Below, one piece after another: positions 22,422 through 33,937 of a stretch of DNA of 64,000 nucleotides. How positions within the stretch are numbered: the first letter of the stretch is position 1; each line of letters opens with the position of its first letter. The translations under genes were made by a program, and so were the position numbers. The notes beneath the pieces were generated by a model that was given only the letters and a program-made list of their open reading frames with translations, was not told the origin of the DNA and made no database searches. Source of the DNA: Emiliania huxleyi CCMP1516 (Eukaryota); NCBI RefSeq assembly GCF_000372725.1, contig NW_005201792.1:995440-1059439 (forward strand), written 5' to 3'.

Positions 22422-23295
22422 CCATGAGCTTAGTTGTGCAGGGGGCGGGGGTAAAGGGGAAGGACCCTGAGTTGACCAGGGGTTGGGCGCCAGGCCCTCC
22501 AGCTCGGCTCCAGCGAGTAGACTAGTCTTGTCATCAACAGCGGATCTGACCTCAGGGCTGATGTAACCAAGCGCTGGTAGCGTGGTTTTACCTCACACCC
22601 ATGGTCTCACAGTGTGCCGGCAGTCGCCGAGCAGCGTCGCTCACACAAGCCGCAGCACAAGTGACTGAGGGCCAGTGAGGGCGAGCCCATCGCTGTCACA
22701 GCTGTGGCAGCCGCACAGTGGGCTGTGCCAACTGTGCAGAGCGTGTGAGCAGTAGAGGAGCTGCTTTCCAGGCTTCTGTCGCAAAGAGCAGCATGCCACC
22801 GAAGGCGCTGTCGAGGTTCGCCGAGCGCGGCGCAGGTTGGGGGACACCGTCACCGACGAGTGCGTTGTAGTATTCCACTCCGGACGATAAAGACGGGTAC
22901 ACGCACACGAGCCGCGGTCGTGTACCCGTCTTAGCGGCGAGGCGCGGGGGACCGTCTGTGGCGAGGTGGGTCGCGTCCCCCGATTCCCTCAACTCCATCG
23001 TCCTTCCCCCGTACCGACTACCGAGCAGTGTGTGCTGACTGCTGTGACCCCGCCTGTGTGCGGGCCGGCTGCGGGCTGCGGCCGGCCGGGGGCGGCCGGC
23101 CGCGCTCGATCCTACCCGCTACCGCGTACTCGGTACTGGCGGAAAAACCACTAACATCAGTTGGGCCAGGTACCAATTTTGTCGAATTTATTTCAAAATC
23201 TGCAGGCGCGGAGCGCCTGCAAAAATTTTGAAGAAATTTGCAGTCGGGCCTGATTTTCATCAAGATCTTTCAAATTTGCGGTGTGGAGTTGGGGG

Positions 23296-23490
23296 GTGGG
23301 TTAGGTTAGGGTTATTAGGGTTAGAGGGTTAGGGTTAGGGTCAGGGTTAGTCTGGTTGTGTCTGTATATGCCAGCGTTGCAGGGTTCTGCGCTGGTATCT
23401 GGCCCCACAGCGCCGACGACTAAGACTCAGCCCCACACGCTGACCTAGGGTTAGGGTTAGGGTTAGGGTTAGGGTTAGGGTTAGGGTTAG
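23296..23490 (+). repeat. Interstitial telomeric (TTAGGG)n tracts
   Basis: Degenerate tract 23296-23350 and perfect tract 23446-23490. Confidence 0.9.
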
Positions 23491-23580
23491 TCTTCTTGTG
23501 TTTGTATGCCAGCGTTGCAGAGTTCTGCGCTGGGATCTGGCCCCAGCGCCGACGAGTAAGACTCAGCACCGCACGCTGAC

Positions 23581-24421
23581 CCCACCAAATGCCGCCTCAG
23601 GGCGCCAGGCCGCCAGCCACTTCTTACACGCGGCCGGCGCCCTCTCGCGGCAAAAGGGTCGAGCGAGCGGGCAGAGTCGCGCGATGTCTGCGCACCCGCG
23701 TGCCGATGGGCGGCACACGCAACCGAGAGAGGCCCTGTCACGCCGCCAGTAGCGTTCCGCACTCCCCACGCCACCAATTGCCGCCTCAGGGCGCCAGCCA
23801 CCTCCTTACACGCGGCCGGCGCCCTCTCGCGGCAAAAGGGTCGAGCGAGCGGGCAGAGTCGCGATGTCTGCGCACCCGCGTGCCGATGGGCGGCACACGC
23901 AACCGAGAGAGGCCCTGTCACGCCGCCAGTAGCGTTCTCCGCACTCCCCACGCCACCAATTGCCGCCTTAGGGCGCCAGCCACCTCCTTACACGATTACA
24001 CGCGGCCGGCGCCCTCTCGCGGCAAAAGGGTCGAGCGAGCGGGCAGAGTCGCGCGATGTCTGCGCACCCGCGTGCCGATGGGCGGCACACGCAACCGAGA
24101 GAGGCCCTGTCACGCCGCCAGTAGCGTTCCGCACTCCCCACGCCACCAATTGCCGCCTCAGGGCGCCAGCCACCTCCTTACACGCGGCCGGCGCCCTCTC
24201 GCGGCAAAAGGGTCGAGCGAGCGGGCAGAGTCGCGCGATGTCTGCGCACCCGCGTGCCGATGGGCGGCACACGCAACCGAGAGAGGCCCTGTCACGCCGC
24301 CAGTAGCGTTCCGCACTCCCCACGCCACCAATTGCCGCCTCAGGGCGCCAGCCACCTCCTTACACGCGGCCGGCGCCCTCTCGCGGCAAAAGGGTCGAGC
24401 GAGCGGGCAGAGTCGCGATGT
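23581..24421 (+). repeat. Tandem satellite, about 4.5 copies of a 182-190-bp unit
   Basis: Unit starts CCACCAA at about 23582, 23771, 23953, 24143, 24325. Confidence 0.92.
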
Positions 24422-24613
24422 CCCTGCGCACCTGGGTGTTCGCCGCCTATATGCTCTATCCTGTGCCAAGACGGACACATTTTGACAATCAAAATCTACC
24501 TCAAAATTTGCGGCCGCCCCTCGAAATTTGCTGATCAAAATTTGCACGGTGTGGCCCGGATCGAAACCTGTACTTTGGCCAAAACATCAGTCCCGGGCGC
24601 CGGGCTCTCGCCG

Positions 24614-24793
24614 TCTCGCGCTCGTTTAAATCATTGTTGTTTTGTTTTTGAGCCCTCGACCGACTGGCACAACGCACACAGTGGAGAGGTGCACTCCGCA
24701 CTCAGTCGACATGAAAGTGTGCGTGTGCGACACGTTTCACTATCTCGAGACGCTCTCGAACATAGCGTCTCTGCCCTCCACCATTGCAGCCGC
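24614..24793 (+). repeat. Right ~178-bp direct repeat
   Basis: Matches 21445-21622. Confidence 0.9.
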
Positions 24794-24936
24794 AGCCAAC
24801 CGCACGCAACTGACCCCCTCGCTCTGGATTGGGTCAGAGAGTAATGGTTGCATTCCCTCCCTCCTCGCCGCAATCTCTTCCGAGCCCCACCAAGGTTCGC
24901 CGCCCCGCCCGCGGACAGCCGGCGCCGCGCGCCCCT

Positions 24937-27740
24937 TCAGTCGCCCACCACCGCCTCGAGCAGCGCCGAGATGGAGAGGCGGGACGAGCGGCGCCGCTCG
25001 AAGGCCGGCCTCCCGGAGGGGGCGGGCGCGGGTGCCTCGCCCCGCGGCGAGGGCGCGGCGCTGTCCACCCCCGCGCCGCAAGCGGCGAGGTCGAGCTGCA
25101 GCTCGTCGGCAGTCATCGAGGGCGGCCTCGGCAGCCCGAAGGGGAGGGCTGCCGCCGCAGGCACGGGTGACCCGCCAGGCACCATCTCCTGCGAGGGGGG
25201 CAGGGGATCTCGCCTGATCGCGCCTGATCTCGCCTGATCTTGCCGGCACTCGGCGGCTCTCGCCTCACCGCAGACACACAGTGGCACCTCAGTGCAGCGG
25301 TGCAAGGGAGACGGGGAGGGAGGGAGAGAGAGGGAGAGAGAGGGAGAGAGAGAGAGAGAAAGAGAGAGATGCGTGTGTGCGCGTGTGTGCGCGTGTGTGC
25401 GTGTGCGTGTGTGTGTGTGGTGTGGTGTGGTGGGGGCCACGAGGCACCTCGGACGGTGCCGGCGGCGGGCCGGGGAAGGAAGTGAGCGGCGGCAGGCCGG
25501 CGCCGAGCCCTCCCTGCGCCAGGTAGCCCGAGACGGAGCGAGTGACCTTGAGCGGCCTCCCGTCCCCCTGGCCCGAGGCGGCTCGCTTGAGGCCGGGCGG
25601 GGCGTCGGGGTTGGCGGCGAGGGTGGAGAGCTGCTGCGCGAGGGCGGCTGGCAGCGTCGTCCCTGCAGAGGGGTGTGTGAGGGAGGCGGTGGGTCGGGGG
25701 GGGGGGGGGGGAGAGGAGGGGCGTGGGGGTGGGAGGCCGGCGGAGCGGCTTGGGGACGGCGCGGCGCGCGGTGAGGCTCTGTCTGTGCCTACCTCGGGCC
25801 AGGTCTACCCCAGCTAGGTCTACCTCGGGCCAGGTCTACCTCGGGCCAGGTCTACCCCAGCTAGGTCTACCTCGGGCCGGGTGTGGGAGAGTGAGGGCGA
25901 GTCTCACCGCGCGGCGAGTCTGCCCACGACTCGAAGAGCTCGCGCGTGCTCGGCGACCAAGCCTCGTCTTGGCCGAGGGTGGCGAAGAAGGAGGTGTTCG
26001 ATCGCTCGAGCGACGGGCGGGGCTGGGGCGCGCGGTGAGAGACGTCGACAGGCGGGGGCTGGAGCCCGCTGCTGCTGCCGCCAACCTCTGCGCCCGCCTG
26101 CGCGGCGAACGGCTGCGCGGGCGGAAAGAGCGAGGAGCCTGCGGACAGGCGCAGAGGCGGGTCGGCGGGCCCGCTGCAGCGTCGAGGGCGGACCTGTGGT
26201 GGGTGTGGTGGGTGTGGCGGGTGTGGTGGGTGTGGTTGGTGTGGTGGGTGTGGTGGGTGTGGTTGGTGTGGTGGGTGTGGTGGGTGTGGCGGGTGTGGTT
26301 GGTGTGGTGGGTGTGGTGGGTGTGGTTGGTGTGGCATCTGCTAGGGGTGGCGGGCCGCCGCTGTAGTAGTGCTGTCCTCGTCCGGCTGGCTGCGGCTGCG
26401 GGAAGTACCCTTGCTGCTCGAGGTAGATGCGCTCCTGGCACGCGGGAGAAAGGGGGGGGGGGGGTTGCAAAAGGGGCGAGGGGTGTCGTCCGGTGGGTTG
26501 GGGACCGGGGGACCGCGGGACCGTGGGGGTCCTAAGGTACCTGGGAACGCGTCCTCCGAAGCGGCGGCGGAACAAGGCCCCCGATCGGTCCCACGGCAGG
26601 GAAGGCGTTAGTGGTGACGCCGGTGACTACTGTGGGGAGGGGGCCTCCCATCGGCTGCCTATCCGGGTGTGGCCAGCTGATTGGCAACCGTACCCCCACC
26701 CTCCCGGAGGCCGGTGGTGGGGGGGCGTGTTTTCTCCGGAGCTATGAGGGGGGGCCGGCNNNNNNNNNNNNNNNNNNNNNNNNNNNNNNNNNNNNNNNNN
26801 NNNNNNNNNNNNNNNNNNNNNNNNNNNNNNNNNNNNNNNNNNNNNNNNNNNNNNNNNNNGCAAAAAGCTGTTTACCTCCAGAGGGTGGAGACCAAAAGAG
26901 GCATTATTTAAAACGCAATTGATGAATAAATTCTACCCCAACCAAATACCGCCCACCGGTCCTCGGGGGGGGCGGGGCTCGCCCCATCTGCGGGTACATG
27001 TGGCGCAAGGCCTCGGGGTTGACGCGTCTCACCCCGCCGATGCCCATCGGCGCCTGAGGTGCGGCCGCCACGTGCGGGTGAGGCGGGCGGTAGGGCCAGC
27101 TCCGTGTGCCGGGCCGGCCCCCCCCCCGGTCGCGCCCCTCTTGTGGTCGCGCCCCTCCGCCTCTCACGCCCCGCCCGGCTCACGCGCAGCGAAACGCGAC
27201 GCAAGGCGGGTGATACGACGCAGGGCTCCGGAGGCGAGGCCTCCCCGCGGTCCTGCGCCTCGAATGGCAGCCCGAACCCCAACCCCCTCCCCTCTCCCCC
27301 CTCTCCCTGCCGCACCGGCGAGCGCAACTCTACCTGAGGACCGCCGCGCAGCTTCTGGTAGCAGATGTGCCCGCGCTTCGGCTCGCCGCACGCGTGGCAC
27401 CGATTCTTGGACTCTATCCCAGCCTCGCGCAGCTTCCGCCCCTTTTCGATCCGCTGCCTGTGTGCGGCACCGAGGCGGGTGTCGGCCGGGCGCCAGGACG
27501 GCGCGCGGAGGGCCAGCTGCGCGCGCCAGCGGTTGCGGACGGATGAGACCGTACGACCGGGAAGCTGCTGGACGATGCGCGACCATTTTGGTCCCTCCTG
27601 CTGCACCTGTTCCAAAGAGGGTGGAGGTTGGAGCACGAGCCGTGCCCGTGTGGCGGCATACGAAGGCGCGCCATGTCGAGGATGACTTGGTCTTCCTCGG
27701 GCGCCCAGGCCATCATATTGGCGTGTTTTCCGCCTGGCAT
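24937..27740 (-). CDS. Myb/SANT-domain transcription factor with CxxC-H-C knuckle; multi-exon, spans an assembly gap
   Basis: [13 protein letters not shown] / [23 protein letters not shown] / [15 protein letters not shown]; attaching the 3' exons at 24937-26340 across the N gap is an inference. Confidence 0.7.
26195..26335. repeat. 9-bp minisatellite (GTGTGGTGG)n
   Basis: Directly visible. Confidence 0.9.
26760..26859. other. Assembly gap (N run)
   Basis: Run of N. Confidence 0.99.
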
Positions 27741-28269
27741 CCTTCAGCGGCGGCGGCAGTGCGACTTCCCTTTCCCGCCCGTCGCCGGTAATGTGGAGCC
27801 GGCTAGAGCAACCTCAGGCAAGAATTCACAACTGACGCACACGCACCGGGCACAGGTTCGACACAGCTACCCAAAGAGGCAGTGTGTATGTGTGTGTGTA
27901 AAGAGGCACAGCCGGCGACGGCCCCTTAAAAGGCGCCGTCGTCCTCAAAGCAAGAAGAATCTAGAAGAGAAACCGGATTTTTCCAAGTCGCAAGTGCTGC
28001 AAGGAAACAAATCTAAACAGCCGCCTCTCTCTGACAAGCGATCCCACGACAGCGATTGTTTGTCGTTGCGATTGTGTGAACTACATGATCCGTACGTACC
28101 ACGTACGCCCCGGGGAGGCGGGAAGGCCCGTCCGCAGAGCTAGGCGGCGTGGGTGGGCCGTGGGCGCCCCCCACCCACTGGGCTCTGTCTGGGGCCGAGG
28201 GTGGGTAGGAGGACGTCTGCCGCTTGCTTGTTCTTGCTTGACCCAGTTGGCACATTCAGGGGATTTGAG

Positions 28270-28745
28270 CCAGTTAGTTGGTACGCGTCTTTGGCTCTTG
28301 CGCGCCTGCTTGTTGATGTTGTCGGCGTCGCCCGCCACCGCCGCCATGCCCATGGAGATCTGCTGCGTGTGGTGGACGACAAAGAAAGCTCACTCAAAGG
28401 AGGAGGCGCTCGCTCGCCGACGCCGCTCCATACACCGTCCGGTGGTCCGGTCCGTGTTGCGTCAGTGTTCGAAGGTGTTGGTGCCTGCCGCTTCCTTGGC
28501 GAACACGTGGGTGAACTGCTTGGTAGGCGGCGCAATGCCACCCAAAGTTTCCACGAGCACCAGCCGCGTTATGGCTTTCTTTCTTGAGATCTTGACCCAC
28601 TTCGCGTCGTTCGTAGTACTGCGCCCCCATATAGCATATTTCCAGCCTGCATTCTTCTTGACCCACCCGTCTCCATACGCGTGGTCTTTGACCCATCCCT
28701 CTCCAGTCGAGTGGTCGAGCGTCCGACCACCTGACGGCAAGAAGA
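28270..28745 (-). pseudogene. Degenerate C-terminal fragment of an RLE-type (CRE-like) non-LTR retrotransposon
   Basis: LVLVETLGGI...HHTQQISM..AVAGDADNI resembles the end of restriction-like endonuclease domains (VETFGG...QRLSVALQRGNA); in-frame stops. Confidence 0.5.
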
Positions 28746-28832
28746 AATCCGGGCAAAATTGTTGAAAAAAAGGCGCGTGTATCGCCCGTCGGTCAACCGT
28801 CGCGTCGTGGAGCGCCAGGGGGAGATTGCACG

Positions 28833-30863
28833 ATGGCGCCCTGGCTCGTGCTGCTCCTGGGAGCGGCTACAGGGCGCAGGTCTCGCACGCTGTCCGAGTC
28901 GCACTGGCCGCCCAACTCTGCGTGCGCCTCGGATCGGTGCAGCGAGCAGGTCCACCTGTCTCTTGGGGGTGCCGACGAGATGGTCGTCGTCTTCACGACG
29001 CTGAACCGCGAGACACCCAGCGAGGTGCGCTGGTGGGCCGTGGGCGAGACGGCTCAGCAGGTCGCGCGGGGCTCCGCGTCCACGTACGCTGCGCTCCAGT
29101 ACGTCGAGCCCATGCTCACCATGCCCATAGTCGGTCGCGCCGGGGCAGACGCTGCCATGTTGAGGCGGCTGCAGAACGCGAGCCAGCCAGCTGCGCGCCC
29201 GCCGAAGGTCGACGCGGACGACGGCGTTGCGTACGGCCTCGGCATGTACAACAACCCTGCCATGTTCTACGACGCCCCCTCCATCCACACCGTCGTGCTC
29301 AAGCCCCTCGCCTCTGGCGCCGAGTATGCCTACTCCGTTGCGGGCGATGATCGCGAGTTCCGGTTCCGAATGCCGCCGGCCGCCGGCGAGGCGTACCCCC
29401 TCCTATTCGGCCTCACGGCCGACCTAGGCCAGACCGCGGCGAGTGAGGCCAGCGTGTCCAAACTGCGTCGCATGATGGCTGGAGCGCCGGTGCATGCCGG
29501 CGTCGTCATCATAGCGGGAGACCTCGCCTACGCCGACGGGTGGCACTCGCGATGGGATTCGTTTTCGAGGATGCTGGAGCCGCTGGCCGCTTCACACCCC
29601 GTTATGACGGCGGGTGGCAACCACGAGGTCTCCTACGGCGAGGCGTGGATCGGGTACAATGCGCGCTACCCGATGCCGCACCGGGAGAGCAACTCGCGCT
29701 CAAACCTGTGGTGGTCGCGAGAGGTGGGGCCGGCGCACCTGACCTCGCTCTGTTCGTACTGCGCCTACCACCCCGGCTCTTTGCAGTACGAGTGGCTCCT
29801 GCGAGACATGGCACAGGTCAACCGCACGCGCACTCCATGGCTCATCGTCACCCTGCACGTCCCGTTCTACCACTCCAACTCGGCGCACGTCGACGAGGCG
29901 GCGGGCATGCGCGCGTCCATGGAGGGACTGCTGTACGCGGCGGGGGTGGACGTAGTCCTCGCGGGGCACGTTCACGCCTTCGAGCGCACGCATCCGATGC
30001 ACGAGCGGCGGCCCAACCGCTGCGGCCCCGTGCACCTCAACCTGGGCGACGGCGGGAACCGCGAGGGCACCACCCTGCCGTGGCTCCACCCTGCTCCAGA
30101 CTGGTCCGCCTTCCGGGAGGGCTCCTTTGGCGTGGGGGGGCTCACTCTCATCAACGCCACACACGCCATCTTCAACTGGTCGCGGACGGCGTGCGAGACG
30201 CAGTATGCGCCCGACCACATCGACCTGAGCCCGCTATGCGAGAGCGTCGCGCTCGGCCCGCTCTCCTTTGGCCGCGACGAGCCCAAGACTGGAGGCGCGG
30301 TGGAAGACGTCGTCTGGGTGGTGCGCGACGCCGTGCGCGAGCCAAAGGCAGCGGGGTGTGCCCCTCCCTTCTCAGGAACGTGGTTCGAGCTGCCGTCGCA
30401 AACGCCACCCACGGGGATGCGGGCGGGCACAGCCACAGCGACGCCCCACAGGGGGGAGGGCGCCTGGTTGCTGCAGGAGCAGTTTCGAGTCGCTGCAGTC
30501 GCCACCGCCGCCGCCGCTAGCGACGGCTACGATGACGTCCTGCAGAGCACGTCTGAGGCCCCCCCTGGACCACCGAGCCCAGCGTCGAGATCGGCGCCAT
30601 CGGGCTCGGGCTTGCCGCGACTCGGCTTGTCTGAGGCGCTCCTCGCCGTCTTCGCCGCCGCCCTTTCGCTTGGACTCATCGCATTCGCCCTCCGCACGAG
30701 CTGGGCGTCAAAGCCGTGCAGGGCAGCTCGCACATACACGCCGAGCAAGCCTCCTCTCTGCCACTCGATGCCATGGAGCAGATCTCCATCACCTTTGGAC
30801 GCGCTGCCCGTGGCGGCGGGTGCAGCGGGCGGCGGACATGCCTACGTTGAAGCGCCTTGCTGA
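28833..30863 (+). CDS. Purple acid phosphatase with signal peptide and C-terminal TM anchor
   Basis: All PAP blocks present: DLG, GDLAY, GNHE, LHVP, GHVH, plus GDGGNREG; intronless. Confidence 0.93.
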   Translation: MAPWLVLLLGAATGRRSRTLSESHWPPNSACASDRCSEQVHLSLGGADEMVVVFTTLNRETPSEVRWWAVGETAQQVARGSASTYAALQYVEPMLTMPIVGRAGADAAMLRRLQNASQPAARPPKVDADDGVAYGLGMYNNPAMFYDAPSIHTVVLKPLASGAEYAYSVAGDDREFRFRMPPAAGEAYPLLFGLTADLGQTAASEASVSKLRRMMAGAPVHAGVVIIAGDLAYADGWHSRWDSFSRMLEPLAASHPVMTAGGNHEVSYGEAWIGYNARYPMPHRESNSRSNLWWSREVGPAHLTSLCSYCAYHPGSLQYEWLLRDMAQVNRTRTPWLIVTLHVPFYHSNSAHVDEAAGMRASMEGLLYAAGVDVVLAGHVHAFERTHPMHERRPNRCGPVHLNLGDGGNREGTTLPWLHPAPDWSAFREGSFGVGGLTLINATHAIFNWSRTACETQYAPDHIDLSPLCESVALGPLSFGRDEPKTGGAVEDVVWVVRDAVREPKAAGCAPPFSGTWFELPSQTPPTGMRAGTATATPHRGEGAWLLQEQFRVAAVATAAAASDGYDDVLQSTSEAPPGPPSPASRSAPSGSGLPRLGLSEALLAVFAAALSLGLIAFALRTSWASKPCRAARTYTPSKPPLCHSMPWSRSPSPLDALPVAAGAAGGGHAYVEAPC

Positions 30864-31390
30864 CGCTCTGGCCGCTTCCAGCGCGGTCGGTATGGGCTAG
30901 TTCAAGCCAACGCCGGAACGCGCAGGCCACTGAGTTTGCTCGGAGAGGAGACTGGAGAGGGCGGGTCCGGGTTGGGGTTCGGCGCTCAGGCATCCGCGCA
31001 CGCCACGCCCCGATCCTCTCCGCTCCCGTCCCAATCCTTGCGAGAGATGTGCACCAGAGAGCACGAAATTACGTCGCAGGCGTCGGAACCGCGTCCAGTG
31101 GCACTGGCAGTGGGCAGTGGCCAGTGCGCCACGCCGCCAGCGCGACGCGCGGCGGCCGGCGCGGGGGAGACACGGGCTCAGCGTCATCCCTTACACACAC
31201 ACCTACCCCGACTGACGCAGTTGCATATTTATAGTTGAAGCATGGTTGTCTGGATGCGCATGGCCCACAACGCCACACGAATCACACAACTCGCGGGACA
31301 GCTCTCGGCCTAGACCGGGTACTCTTCTGACTCTACGCCGGCCCGCCGCCCACGAGAGGCCTCGCGGTGGCAACCGCGTCTCTCGGTCCC

Positions 31391-32128
31391 TTACCTGTCA
31401 CGCTGCCACGCGCCCTTTTTGGGTCGTGGCGCTGTCAGTCCCGTTTTCGGATCATGCCGCCAAGCCGCCGGCCGGAGACGTTTCGTCTCGCCCCCGCCAT
31501 CGCCTCCTGGCTGCCCGCTTGATTTGCGACGGCCCTGACCCTTCGTTGCGTTGCGCTTTGGCTGTTGCACGGCCGGTGCGACCGATATGGCGCGGTCACA
31601 GAGCGTCGTGCCGTCAAGCGCCAGCGCTGCGTCCACGGCGGCGGCCCGCCCATCGGGGTCCGAGAAGATCACAAACGCATACCCAGCCTGCCGCTCGCCA
31701 TCGGCGCCCGTCTTCGTAGCAAAGCGGACGAACTGTACGCTTCCGCAGCTTGCAAAGTGCGCGCGTACCGCCGCGTCGTCGGCCTCGAAGGCGAGATTGC
31801 CCACGAAGACGCGGCACGACCCACACGCCACCCCGCGCCGGGCGGGTGGCTTCGTGTTAAGGCCGATGACAAGCGGGCGCCCGTCCAAGTCACCGCCCGA
31901 GAGCGCGATCGCCTTCTCGCACGCCTTGTTCTTCTTGAACGTCACCAGAGCCACCTCATAGATGGCACCTCCCACGGGCTCCTCACCCCACTTGTTCAGT
32001 ATCGCAGTCGGCTTGCCACACGATTCGAAAAAGGATGTCAGCGCGGCGACGGTTGTGCGCAGCGCGCGCCCGTTGCACCTGACAAAGACCTGGCGCTTGG
32101 CAGCGCCGCTAGTCTCGCTCTCATCCAT
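31391..32128 (-). CDS. Two-RRM RNA-binding protein
   Basis: RVFVGNLAF (RNP2), GYAFVIF (RNP1); first RRM QVFVRC...ALVTFK. Confidence 0.85.
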   Translation of the reverse strand: MDESETSGAAKRQVFVRCNGRALRTTVAALTSFFESCGKPTAILNKWGEEPVGGAIYEVALVTFKKNKACEKAIALSGGDLDGRPLVIGLNTKPPARRGVACGSCRVFVGNLAFEADDAAVRAHFASCGSVQFVRFATKTGADGERQAGYAFVIFSDPDGRAAAVDAALALDGTTLCDRAISVAPAVQQPKRNATKGQGRRKSSGQPGGDGGGETKRLRPAAWRHDPKTGLTAPRPKKGAWQRDR

Positions 32129-32387
32129 GGCAATCACCAGCCTGTGCCGAGCGCGTCGTGAAGCAAATTCTCTGCAAAACCCGGAAGCCTGCGGAGCGCG
32201 TGCTTGTCGCCGCAGCCCTCCTGCCTCGGTGTGAACAGTGTTTCGAAGTGTCGCTCGCACAGAGTTCGACACCGAGCAGCAAGACCGAGGGCCCTTGGTC
32301 TTCACTTGCGATTTTTTTTCCTGCTCGAGGCATTTCCGTGGCAACGAACGCCGACGGGCACCGGCCCGGGTTTACGCGCACTGCGTG

Positions 32388-33473
32388 ATGGATCTCCCCT
32401 GCTCGATCCGCGCCAACGCTTCCTCTTCTGCCAGCGTGCTGATCTCGATGGGCAGCTGCAGTGTGGAGTACACAAGCTTGCACTTGAGGCGGCACGGGGC
32501 CGCCGCGGATGCATGGTGGCGGGTGGGCCAGCCGCTGCGGTGGCAGACAGGCGGCTCCGCCGAAGTCGCTGGGGTGCGATGCGCCTCGGGCTGCTGGCTG
32601 CGCGTGTGCGTTGGCTCGCCACAGAGCAACGCGTCAGAGAGCAACGCGAGCACGAGCTGCAGCACACCCTTTGGTCTGCTCTGGACGCCAGATGCGCCCG
32701 CGATGCCAAAGTCTGGCGATGGGGCTGGGACAGTGCTCGAGGTTGCGCGCCTGCAGGTTCGGGTCGAACCCCCCCTCGTGCCTCCGCTCGAGCATGCGGC
32801 AGAGCAGTGGAGGCTTTCACTCGCCGCGGCGCTCGGCCCGTCGTTTGGCGTGGCGCGGCTGTGGGAGGCCCGGTTCCTCGTGGCAGAGATTTCGACGACG
32901 GGCGCGCTCCTCGTGATGGACGTTCTCCCTGTGGACACCTACAACCACCACGAGGTGTCCATCACAGGCCCTCGCACTCGCGCCGTCCTCGACGCCATCG
33001 CCTCGCTCGCCTCGCCGGGGCCCGCGCCGCGAGAGCACCACATCGTGCCGCCAGTTTTACAGCAGGCCGTCGGCATCGGCGCGCTCGGTGGCGCCTGGAG
33101 CGGTGGCGCCTGGCCCGAGGAGCTGCGCGGGGCCGAGACGGCCGGCGACTTGGCGCGCTTTTGGTCGGAGGAGTACGGTGGTTGGACAGACGCGGCGCTC
33201 TCCCCTCGCGTGGGTGACGGCGGCCTGGCCGCGGGCCTGCTGTCGGGCCTGCCTGGCGCGCTCCTCGCCGCATGCGGTCTTGTGCTCGCTAGCGCGGCCG
33301 TCTTGCACCACCTCGTGGCCGCTGCCGCCGGTGTCCCGAGCCGCAGGTTGCCCCGGCGCGCCGGCTCTTTCCAGCGGGTGCAGACGATGCAGCCGGTGCC
33401 CGCAGCGGAGGTTGGCGGCGAGGAGACGGACTGGCTCGCGAAGCTCACGCGGCACCTGGCAGTGCCAGTGTGA
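32388..33473 (+). CDS. Hypothetical protein with C-terminal hydrophobic segment
   Basis: Long ORF with balanced composition, divergent from the RRM gene. Confidence 0.5.
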   Translation: MDLPCSIRANASSSASVLISMGSCSVEYTSLHLRRHGAAADAWWRVGQPLRWQTGGSAEVAGVRCASGCWLRVCVGSPQSNASESNASTSCSTPFGLLWTPDAPAMPKSGDGAGTVLEVARLQVRVEPPLVPPLEHAAEQWRLSLAAALGPSFGVARLWEARFLVAEISTTGALLVMDVLPVDTYNHHEVSITGPRTRAVLDAIASLASPGPAPREHHIVPPVLQQAVGIGALGGAWSGGAWPEELRGAETAGDLARFWSEEYGGWTDAALSPRVGDGGLAAGLLSGLPGALLAACGLVLASAAVLHHLVAAAAGVPSRRLPRRAGSFQRVQTMQPVPAAEVGGEETDWLAKLTRHLAVPV

Positions 33474-33850
33474 GAAAAAGAAAGAAAGAAAACAGACAAC
33501 CCAAGGGAGGATGGGAGTAGGGAGGACGCTGGAGGACCGTGCACGCCGCCCCCCACACCAGGGAGCAGCGAGCAGGGGATCCGCGGACCGCCACCGCGGT
33601 TTAAGTTTTTTAAGGAGAGCGGAGAGCCGCGCGCGGGCGGGCCGCCAGCGGGGGAAGCGGTGCAGAGACGAGAGAGGCGACGTGGGTGGTGACTGCTGGT
33701 GTAGCCGTCGCCCACCCTTGGGCGTCTGCCTGTTTTCTGCCAGTGCGAAAAAGAGAAAAAAACAGAGACCCCCAAATGAGGGATGCGGAGAGGAGGAGGA
33801 CAGCCGACAGGGTCCCCCAACCTGCCACGACGCAGGATTTTTGGAAGCGG
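33474..33850 (-). mobile_element. Stacked 3' fragments of LINE/SINE families
   Basis: (GAAA)n tails; TAGCCGTCGCCCACCCTTGGGCGTCTGCC is the reverse complement of the LINE ORF end (RVGDG*). Confidence 0.6.
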
Positions 33851-33937
33851 GCGGACGCCGGATCCGGGGGCCGCACCGAGTCATCGGGGCACAGTGGGGG
33901 TTCTCCGATGCTCCTGCAATGACACGCTGAGCTAACC

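Noticed and set aside
23446..23490. True chromosome end
   Set aside because: Short tract with ordinary genes continuing on both sides.
23487..24547. ORFs across the 185-bp satellite
   Set aside because: Products of a stop-poor GC-rich repeat.
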